Source of the DNA: Octopus sinensis
Taxonomy: Eukaryota
Length of the DNA: 64,000 bases
Assembly: GCF_006345805.1 (NCBI RefSeq)
Contig: NC_043004.1
Location: forward strand, 62,000,001-62,064,000
Direction of reading: 5' to 3'
This document shows positions 53,573-64,000 of the stretch, piece by piece. The position numbers were made by a program, and so were the translations under genes. A model generated the notes under the pieces. The model did no database searches and was not told where the DNA came from. It saw only the letters and a list, made by a program, of their open reading frames with translations. Each line of letters opens with the position of its first letter. The stretch's first letter is position 1.

Positions 53573-54555
53573 AATATTTCGGATTTCTGCTGAAAGCTAC
53601 TATTCACAGAAACACTAACGTACTGCGAAAACAAGGATGAATCACTGGTTAAAAACGGAAGAAATTATCTTCCACTTAAGTGTGGGATTAAACACCATAT
53701 GACTTCTCTGTGCTCTGTGACCAAATCCAAAATTTCCCAAATACTGTCCATAAACGAAAAAGCAATTCAATTTACAATGGAAAAATTTCATTGAGTTACT
53801 AAACGACAAAGAACTATCAAAGAAGCAGACAACGGAAGTACTGTAATCCTGAAAGACACAGAATAGTGCAAAAACCAATTGCTAGGCATGCTAGAAAGCG
53901 ATGCCTTCCACGAAAAAGCTGGAAATCATAAACAACAAAAAGCAATGAAAAATCTCGTATCCAAAAATTAATCTGCATTTAAAAGGCCTGACCAAAAAAG
54001 AAACAGACATCACGAAATTTGAATGTAAACCTACGTTTTGCTACGCCCTACCTAATATACACAATAGCAAGATAATTCATGAAATCTGCAATAAATCACC
54101 AGGCAAATACATAAATATCCTAGCGCCAGAAGAGTTAAAGTGAAGATCAATTATAGCTGGACTAGCCTGTGAAATCCATCCCCCTAAGTAATTTTATGGA
54201 GATCCTACTGAAATCCTTACTGAAATACATAACAAATTAGAGACGACATAGATATGCTAAACAAATTAAGAGATATTTGTTTCCTTCGATGCTGTTAATC
54301 TTTGCATCAATATCACACATGACTATGGAATAGAAACAATAAAATTCTGGCTGGAAAAGAACGCTGAAGACTTTGGTTAACGCATAAAACCTGTTTTTAT
54401 TATTGAAACAGTAAAATGTATTCTTCAGATAAATTATTTCCTATTTGATGACACCTACCATCGACAAAAATATGGAAATGCGATTGGAGCAAAAGCAGCT
54501 CCTGTTATTGCGAACATAATATTGTGTATATTTAATTCACAATATATGAAGTATG

Positions 54556-54880
54556 TGAGGGCGCGTGGCTTAGTGGTTAGGGCATTCGGCTCATGATCGT
54601 AAGGTTGTGAGTTCGATTCCCGGCGACGCGTTGTGTCCTTGAGCAAGACACTTTATTTCACGTTGCTCCAGTTCACTCAGCTGGCAAAAATGAGTTGTAC
54701 TTGTACTTCAAAGGGTCAGCCTTGTCACTCTCTGTGTCACGCTGATTATCCCCGAGAACTACGTTAAGGGTACACGTGTCTGTGGAATGCTCAGCCATTT
54801 GCACGTTAATTTCACGAGCAAGCTGTTCCGTTGATCGTATCAGCTGGGACCCTCGTCGTCGTAACCGGCGGAGTCTTTAA
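54556..54880 (+). mobile_element. tRNA-derived SINE, family C, nested in PLE
   Basis: GGCGCGTGGCTTAGTGGTTAG (A box), GAGTTCGATTCCC (B box) and TTGTGTCCTTGAGCAAGACACTT core. Perfect 12-bp TSD ATATGAAGTATG (54544-54555, 54881-54892). Confidence 0.93.
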
Positions 54881-56241
54881 ATATGAAGTATGACTGCAAA
54901 ACTATGGATATCCATTTCACCATTAAACAAGAGAGAAATAGAAAATATCTGGATGATGGTTTTATCATTTCGAACGAAACAGTTGATAAACTTTTGGAAT
55001 TTAAATCGATACTTGATAATAAAAACCCCAACATTCAGTTTACAATGGAATATAGCAGCAACCATTTCCCTTTCTTAAATATTCTGATGAAATCGTCAAC
55101 AAAAAATTGTAACCGACATTTATCATAAAACAACAGACACCGAGCAATATGTTTGTTTAGCTCATGCCACCCAAAACACATCAAAAGAAATATTCCCTTT
55201 AATTTAGCGAAAGGATTTGCACAATAGTCACTCATGGAAATACCCGGGACCGCCGTATTAAAGGACTCAGAACAGCACTAACTGAGAGGCACTATCCCCT
55301 CAAACTTATAGATGATGGAACTAAAAGTGCCAAGAAAATAACCATTAAAACTTTAAAGGATACGAAGCGAAACGCCAGAGCTTATCCAAAAATACTACCG
55401 TATATATCAACTCAGAACCTTAGAAACAATGAGGCATGTAACACTACTGTACAAAACCTACCAATGCTCACTAGGGATCCAAGAATGAACATTCTGAAAA
55501 GAAATTTATCAAATGTAAAAAGCAACCCAAATCGATGAAAAGATACTAATAAATGCAAAGATATACACAAGGACCACGAAACCAATGGTTAAAATATGCG
55601 GACGTGCAAGCTATAGAACTTACTCCAACATACTGGAAGGCTAGAAATTCCAATTCAAACAAGGAGAGAGGATCACGATTAAGATTAATTTGTGCATAAG
55701 AGAATTTATGTTATAGATTGTTCAACTTGTCGATACAACTATATAGGACAGAAAACTATGTTATTTAGACTGAGAACCACACTACATAACGAACAGATCC
55801 GTTGCCCAAGGTATAGACAGATACCTTCAGTGAACACATACAGAGATGTGTAAGGTAATTCCAAAAAAATTCAGTTTGTCCCATCTACCAGTGCAAGAAA
55901 CTATTTCCGTACAAGAACGTTTAAATAAAGACAATTAATTTATCGAAAAATACAGCACACGCCTAAATATGAACCCATATCCAATTTTGGACTGAGTATA
56001 TATTTTAAATCATGGTCACATATCCATCAATCTACATATTTCCTCTCACTACATTAGCTCATGAAATTTTGTACGTTTATTTATTCCACGCCCAAAATGA
56101 GCAGTTACCTCCCCTGTCCCGAGTAATAACTATCGCCAATTACCTCATCTTAGATATTTCTATCTCTTGATTCACACTTTCATGGACTTTGAGGAAGATG
56201 GACTAAAATCTTCTTAAGAAAATACGAAATCACAATTTCAA

Positions 56242-56274
56242 TGTCATGATTAGCGAAAGCGAAACCGTTCGACA
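56242..56274 (+). ncRNA. Minimal type-I hammerhead variant (A3-U8 core)
   Basis: TGTC-ATGATTA-GC gaaa GC-GAA-ACCGTT-C-GACA. 4-bp stem I, GNRA-capped stem II and a near-palindromic stem III (ACCGGT with one change). Confidence 0.72.
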
Positions 56275-56355
56275 AACACAGTACTCTTTCGTTTAAAATA
56301 TATAAAAATTATGCAAACTGTGTGCATTTTCCTTCTTTTATTACACACACACACA

Positions 56356-56441
<86 letters not shown>

Positions 56442-57855
56442 ATATATATATAATGTACCCGATTATCAACTCATTCATTTTGTAGCAATCTACACAAGCT
56501 AGTATCTTGCATAAAACGCATATACAAATATAGAACCCCCCGCTTACACACACACCGTGTTGAGTTAACTAAGTATTAATATTTATACACACATACACAG
56601 GCGCGCACGTTTATATATAAACACTTGAGTCGATTTATTTCCACTAAATATTTAAAAATGATGTCCTAACATGGCTGAAATCGAATGACTGAAATAAGCA
56701 ATATCTAGTAATATATATATACTGACATATACGCACATACGAATGTGTGCTGGCCTCACAGTGTATGAGTGTTTCTTTGTCGTTGATGAGCGTGTGTTTA
56801 GGTTTGTTTCGCGTGTTTATTTGTCGTTTTAGAGACTTTAACTCTATAGCGTGCATGTCCTCTACAGAAAATTAAGGTGAATTAGCCAGAAGGCAGAAAG
56901 AAATGGAGAATAGAACAACTAAGTGGTTTTATACCTTTTCTTAACCAACCTTGTCTTCGAACAGTAGTAACTCCATCAGAAATAATCTTAGTCCAGTTCG
57001 AACATGTATAAGGATAATTAAATGCCTTTCAGTATCTTGGAGCTCATGTCAAAGAATCTGAAACTGCTAAAGCTTTTGATATCGATAAACAGGAAATGAC
57101 AGCACGGCCTAAACCAGTCGCAATACCGTATCACGATATAAATTTCTGTAAGACTTATATAATACAAAAATATAATTTATCGCTAAATTCACTTCATTTT
57201 CGAAGTATTTTGAAAATAGTAAAGGTGGATTTGCTGCCACACAAAGCTATTCTATGAATGAAAAATAGAATGAAAGAATGTTACGAAACAGACAGGGGAA
57301 AACGCTCGGCGTCATGGTTTGTTTATTCTCGAAGGATGAAAGACGATTTTGTTTACTATTGTCACGTAATGTCAAGCAGTTGTCATTGAAACTTCTAAAT
57401 GTATTTGTTCATTGTGAAACAGTAGTAATGCTTAGTACCCATAAAAATGTAACATTTCATGAATTCGTCTTCACTTAATTGAAGGAAATAGAAAGAAATA
57501 TATTACAAAATACTGGAATCATTAACAACAAATTCCAATCCAAATTATATTATTCTCTACAGCATAATATTTTTAGTGAGTGTAAAATTTGTGCTATATA
57601 ATGTGTTAGCTGAATTTGAAGGTTACTTAAATTGTTGGCAAAGTTGTGATTCAAGACGCTTAATTCGCCTGGGAAAAAGAAACCATAGAATAATCTAGTT
57701 TTCTAAAAGGACAATTATTATGATCACATGATTTATTAGACCCGGAATATGGTGCATCCTGGCAAGTTTTATGAACAATTCATTAGATATTTTTTTAAAA
57801 TTTTAAATGGCAAAATATTAATCTAAAATATTCATTTGTGTTATTTATGCAACAC

Positions 57856-58040
57856 TTTTCTACTCTAGGCACAAAGCCCGAAATTTTTGATGCGTGGGGT
57901 CCAGTCGATTAGATCGATCTCAGTACGTAACTGGTACTTTATTTATCGACACTGAAAGGTAAAGTCGACCTCGGCAGAATTTGAAATCAGAAGGTAAAGA
58001 CAGACGAAATGCCACTAAGCTTTTCGCTCGTCGTGCTAAC
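57856..58040 (-). mobile_element. tRNA-derived SINE, family A (older)
   Basis: AACTGGTACTTTATTTATCGAC..AAAGTCGACCTCGGC..GTGCTAACGTTTCTGCCA. Flanking repeat TTTGTGTTATTTAT(G/A)CAA. Confidence 0.85.
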
Positions 58041-60515
58041 GTTTCTGCCACCTCGCCACTTTGTGTTATTTATACAATTGAAATAGAAATGTTTCTCTTT
58101 TATCGAATTCATTTAGAGCCAACGTCATTGTGCTTAACGCAACATGCACTAATGCATGTTGGATTAGAATGGGTAATATTCCTTTGAAACTGTTTACAAA
58201 TATTGGAATAATATAGCCAAACTGAAATTCTTGCTGACCGCCGTTTTCTGAAGAATTATCTGGGTGTTTGTTTAATGTAGATTTTATCTGTTAAATCTAC
58301 TATCGCTAATGGAGGAAAGAGATGTGCGAATTGAGTATGCCGGGGGAAAATAGTGTTACGAGGTCACATAGTCATGGTGATACGTAAATCTTGTAGTTTT
58401 AAAGAATACCGCTTAAAAAGGGAACACGTATCTTATACAAACGATGGGTAGCTTTTTTTATGTGATGAGTAGCCAATGATCAAACGTGCCTCTGTTTAGA
58501 ATCAGCTTTGTCATAGCAGTAGAATTTTAGATTCAAATTTGTCATAGAAATAGTCGGACACAGCATAGCCTTCTGCGTATTTTATTAATTATCGTTAACG
58601 CATTTCGTGTCCACGAATATAAAGCTTTGTCAATATGGCGTATATTAAGAATGTATGTTCTCTAACTGTGATGCTCAATGATGGTGGAATTGATAGTAAT
58701 AATGATATATCTATTTGCATGTTAGATGATTGGTAATGTACGATAGTGCATATTATGTGTGATGTACAGTATCGTTATAGCGTTTGCTAGATCCTTGCAG
58801 TGAATTTTTGTTTTGTTTATTTTGTTGAGCTGTTATTCAATGGTACACAACACAAATATTAGATGCTGTCTTCAAAATATGATGCGCATTATATACGCTG
58901 ATAATGAATTGATATTAAAGTGAAGAACATCAGAGAGAGATGATGTGAGGTATCATTTACTTACCTGTGGGATTTATTATAGATAGAAGGAAAATGGTCA
59001 TTGATATTTGGCAGAAAACGTGAGAGGCTTGTTCATTTTGGATTTGATTAAGCAAGTGACACATACCATCCCAGAATAGCGACAGATGGTTCCCGCCATC
59101 ATGTATCAGATATGTGTGGTAAACACGGAGAAATCTTTGATTCCGTAATGAGTAGCAATACTACTTACCTAAATATCTCCTATCTCCACGACAAACATTC
59201 ACTAATTAGTGTCGTATACTAGATGAACTAGTGCAGATCGGGCTTCCCTGAAATATCACTAATTTGCGTAAGAAATTCAAGTGTGCTCAGAATATAGTAG
59301 TACCTTCCTATAGCCAATGTATATGAAATTTTGGAGAGGTGTCGACTTTCATGGAAATAAGATATACTTTTTAGCGTACATAAGTATTGGACCATATCCG
59401 AAAAAAAAAAGAGACACAGGATTAGAGAGAAATAGAGGATTAAGTGTTTGTGCGTTAGGACAAATCAAAGATAATTTTCAGATTCACTAACAACGTTGAT
59501 TTGAAGCTAGTAAGATGAGTGTTACACGCGGTGTGTATACCAACATGACTGTAAACCAACTAGAATAAAAGGGGGACTACGTTAGATAATATTTCGTGAG
59601 TGTTTGCAATCGTGTGGTGTTCACGAATGTAATACGTGAATGAAAGACGGAGATTAATTGGAGGAAGTCTGCTCGCAAATGAAATTGCCTTGAAAGGTTG
59701 AAGAATGTTTTAGGACCGCACGAATTTGTTAGTGGAAATTTTACCCTAGAGTGGCGAAGTGGATCAGCTGCAAATGATATGAGGGTGTGGTACAAAGCAA
59801 GGTATATACCACGCATCACATATATTATGATATCCTCGCAAGTTTATAGTGCTACATGAAAGCCGTACATATTGGGTGCTCTTTCATTCCTCTAAGTCTT
59901 TTAGTCCACATCTTTTGTCTGAATTTGTGCAGCGAGGCTATGAAGAATCTAATCGAGGGCCATAAAGTTGTAAGTATTTGTTACATAAGTATGAATAACA
60001 CCCTACTTTTTATGATCATCTCAGCCCTACATGTTTATATACTTCATAAGTCAGGTATGACAGGTATTTGATACAAGACGTAGTTAACAGAGAATCAACG
60101 GATTTCCTGTAGGTTAATAAATCGAAGTTCTGAATAGACTGGATGTACTAGACATAAGTCAGATTCTAGATGAGATATATAGAGAAGCTTTAATGCATTT
60201 TCTAGCATCTTTTTCTCTTGGAGGGAGGAATGAGGACGTGCTTCTATCAATAAATCATCTAGGGAGGTGTGTATAAAATTCTGTTGATATACAGGACAAC
60301 ATATGCTGCTTCCAATTCGGTGGAATAAGTTTCGTACATATGTCAGCGTTAACTGACAATCTTCGAAATATTTGAATTATCGAGCACAATATCTTCAATT
60401 ATGGGTTATGTAGGATGGGTATGCGTGTCATAGAACGATTTATCATTCCAGAAATTGCAAAAGCGTCCGAGTTATAGAGAAGCATCAAATAACTATGAAA
60501 AAGGCAGAGTGAGAA

Positions 60516-62481
60516 CACTGGTCAACCAACTAAAGCTATTATTCTCTCGCATAAATTCTTAGAGCTGTTTTAGATTAATTTTTCGCTACTGATTTCAGAA
60601 GTAACTTCAGATTCCGAAACTGACATCACGTTATTTGGCCACCAGTATATATTTTTGGTTATCTGGAGCATACCAAAAAAGGTTAACTTCATATCATTAT
60701 TCATGGGAATTTTTGGCTGGATTGTCATGCTAATTTCAAATAATATATTCAAGCTGAGTTTTGCTTTAAAACACTTCAAAGAGAAGAACGTTCTGTAATG
60801 ACCCTCATATTCTGTGTTACATTTGTGTAAACTTCACTCCACATGCTCAGAGGAGCAACATAAATAACTTCGTCAAGAAGGTGTATCTGGCTTACTTTAA
60901 AGTAGCACTTCGAAACCAGAACAAAACTGGGCTCTCCACAAAGTTGGAAAAACATGGGTGGAAACATTGTGATCATGGTCTCAAGGTTTGTTGTGCTAAT
61001 AGTTTGGAGAAAACCAGCAAACCATGTGGATGACTGGTACTTTTCCCTCGTTAAAGAAAAAAACGAAACGACACTTGCAATATCCAGATATCCTGTCTGT
61101 CCGTCTACCGGTTGCACACTCCGAAGAAATAACTATAGCTGCATATATTGAACTGCCACAGATTGATGATGAAGATCTGATTTCGCCAACTACTGATGAA
61201 AATGAACAGGTTATGCTGTTATGCCATCTGATACAGACTGATAATTTTTCTCTCTTTAGTCAGTCTGAATTGAAAGATCTGATCAGGGATTTGTATTAAA
61301 CAAAGCAGTCCGCTAAATTGTCGGCTTCCAGGCCGCAATACAAAAGACAGCTGAAATCTGGCATTTGTGCCCACCTCTTATGTTACATAGAAGCAGAACT
61401 GCGGAAGTACTTCTATTCAGAGGATCAGCTTGTTTTTGTAATGATTTTCAAGTGCTGCTTCCAATATGGGACTCGTGAGCGGGAACTAAATGCAGCTTAA
61501 AACTTGTTTTATTTCACAACGGGTACGAAAGAGGAATATGCTAACATCAAGATTATCCTGGAGAGGTTGCAACATCGTGTTTATCGGTGTGTAATTTTTC
61601 TCAATTTGAAAATGTTAAACTTTCAGCTGCGCTAGCAAGGAGGTTGCACTAAGAATGCTTGTTTCCTGTGCTACTGGGGCAGTGGGGCCACAAAGCATCA
61701 CTAGCTAAAAAAAGAATAACAGCCAAAAACAAAAAAGAGTTGAACGGCGGATGAAAAGAACATCATTAACGACATAAAGTTTGGTGTGACGAAGCAATTC
61801 TTCGAAGTTCTTTGTGAAAGTGGAGACTACATCATATATATATGTATAGCCTTTCCAAGTTTCAGTGACGAGAAAGAGAAGGAAAGAATATTTTAGCAAT
61901 CTCAAAGAACATTCTTCATGAGACCAGATTTTCTTACAGGAATGAGTGCAGCTGACACTAGAGCTGGGAAGAACTTCCTTAAAGTGGTGCAAACTTTCCT
62001 TGTGAACAGGAAAGGTGACAACTCTCAAGATTTTATGGAAGAGCTGTTGTTGTGTTTGCAAGCACTTGGGTGAAGAATGAGCGTTAAATTGCACTACTTT
62101 CACAGTAACTTTAGTGAATTTCCAGAAGACTAGGGTGATGTTAGTGAAGAACAAATTGTACGGTTTCATCAAGATGTGAAAGTAATTGAAGAACGCTACC
62201 AAGGCCCAAAGGAACTTACATCGTAATGTCTATTTACTCCCTTTAACTTTGTCTTTTGATTTATTACATTAAACGCAAGATATATTGTCTATTAAAAATT
62301 GCATTTACGTATGTTAAATTATTCCTTTATGATCATTAACTAGCTGTTTCTAATAAACTAAGATATTCTATCTCAAAAATCTATGGTAGACAAATTTGGA
62401 TGCCAGATTTGAATTGAGCAACCCAGAAGTAGCTAAAAGCCATTCATACATCTTGTGCTGGAAAACATGTGTTGACAAGCG
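60516..62481 (+). mobile_element. Decayed DNA transposon, Chapaev3/CMC-like, with TIRs
   Basis: VWRKPANHVDDWYF..YPDI.SVRLPVAHS, FSQSELKDLIRDL, CTKNACFLCYW and MSVKLHYFHSNFSEFPED*GDVSEEQIVRFHQDVKVIEERYQG. Ends are CACTGGTCAAC and GTTGACAAGCG (9/11 inverted match). Confidence 0.75.
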
Positions 62482-64000
62482 TAATTTAAGCTAGAGTAAC
62501 TAAAAGCCTATGCTGCCGAAGACCAGTGAAAAAGAAGAATCTTAAACCGCTTGCGCAGACATCACCATTCATGGTTTAAAAATTTAGGAAATGGCGTAAA
62601 CTGGACATCAGATATAGACAATAGAAACATGTTTACAGATTTGTATATGGGTAGGAATACATTGTTTGCATTGCGTGAATTAATGAGTTGTGTGGTATCT
62701 ACAGTATTCTAGAGAATATTTGAACCAACTCAGTGAGAAACTATTGGCTCAGTTATAAGCAACGGAACCAGCCCGTTGTTCATATCAAGCACGAGACAGT
62801 TGACGTTAAATTGTATGGTACAATTGGCTGGCCAGCAACTACGTTGGAATTAAGATGATAGTGATTATGGAGCAAATTGTAAAATATTTCTTGCGTAAGA
62901 AAGCTGTTGTTAACGATGCTATGACAATACACAAATTATAGTTGGTTATGAAAATGAAAATTCAAATTGGGCACTGGAAAAATTACAAAGCCGTTTTACT
63001 ACATTCCAAAAAATATTCCATTTCACATTTGTGCTGCTAGAAATGTATAATTTCTGGTATTTTTTACGATGGTAGTCACGAAGTAAAATTAGAGGAAGTG
63101 AAAGTTGTAATAAGGTTTCCTTAGACAAAAGTATCATTACCACTCTGACCTTCCCATCGTCACTCTGTGGTCCTTTCATTATTATTTTTTTGCTATGATA
63201 TGCGTTGGCAATCTGAATGATGCTATGCTAAAAGTTTCCTAACCTTGACTCTATGGGATTCAAAAAGTATTACCATGGAGCCAGTTCATGAATACGTAAG
63301 ATTTGTAAGATTTGTAAGATTTGGTCAAAATTGCTTTCATAGATATATTAGAAAACGTGTGCATAATCAATGTTTAACTTAATTTCTCTTTCCTGGATCT
63401 TTGAATTAATTTCTTAGAAAGAAAATCGAATCCAATGGCAAAATGCAGATTTCGCGATGCCCTTCGTGATTTGAAGGTCCGTTATGTTCATTATTTATTA
63501 TTTAGGTATCAAGGACTAGTGAATCATCTAAAATTAGTTGTAAACTGTGAAATGAGGGAGACACGGAGCTCGAGATGCAGAACAGAAAAATAAAATTGTC
63601 AATTGGGTCTTACAGAACATTCGGTTAGGGTAATTGAAAGCAGAAGGGTCATTTTACCATTTTTTTCATGCTTCAAAGGAAATTATATAATTAAAATAAG
63701 CAAAGAACTCATAAAGTGTTTATTCTAAAACGGATAGTACCAAATTACTTTATTTCAGTAATTTCTTTTCAGTATTCTTTTTATTTGATCATTATATGTA
63801 TTAATGACATTTATCCCGTGTTGCTACAAAGAGATTGTTTTCGTACGATTAGTTTCCCAACACAAAATATATTATCACGTTTTCTATATCACCTCTAGCT
63901 TTAGAGGAGCATCCATCTCATCGACCTTATATGGCAATATATTCAGTAGTGTATTGGCATTCCGGAACACAAATACACCTTATTTTCTGCTATCTGAGTG

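Larger units (their letters stand above)
52700..56340 (+). mobile_element. Near-full-length decayed Penelope-like element with two nested SINEs
   Basis: LTFTLTP..NEIKGNISEFC*KL (53287-53600), IKEADNG (53817), SFDAVNL..NITH (54283), YGNAIGAKAAPVIAN (54471), KYLDDGF, NIQFTME..FPFLNI and GIY-YIG CSTCRYNYIGQ (55718). HHR at 56242; ends at (CA)n. The 5' limit is approximate. Confidence 0.9.

Noticed and set aside
54559-54630. tRNA gene (also 46617-46688)
   Set aside because: The tRNA-like head continues into a SINE body (TSD-bounded at 54556) and the acceptor stem is not intact.
58955-59172. Consensus splice donors (CAG|GTAAGT, TAG|GTAAGT) on the minus strand
   Set aside because: No matching acceptor or convincing reading frame; expected by chance in 64 kb.

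Overview
AT-rich animal DNA made almost entirely of transposon remnants and microsatellites, with no host protein-coding gene that I can support. The tRNA-derived SINE families and dense (AT)n/(CA)n tracts look like an octopus/coleoid genome; that assignment is inference, not a database result. It contains many Penelope-like element (PLE; RT + GIY-YIG) fragments, CR1-group LINEs (one young), R4/Dong RLE LINE pieces, an L1/Tx1-like remnant, mariner, maT-like and Chapaev3-like DNA transposon relics, and about 10 SINEs, several with clear target-site duplications. The most interesting layer is RNA. There are about a dozen type-I hammerhead ribozyme (HHR) motifs, mostly in PLE 3' ends. They include (i) an intact canonical HHR with a 60-nt stem II (19789-19879, -), (ii) three related PLE HHRs whose normally invariant C3-G8 pair is replaced by complementary A3-U8 or U3-A8, and (iii) a tRNA-headed SINE carrying a minimal HHR (46617-46857). 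Most ORFs in the supplied track are microsatellite artefacts. All folds and alignments were done by eye.
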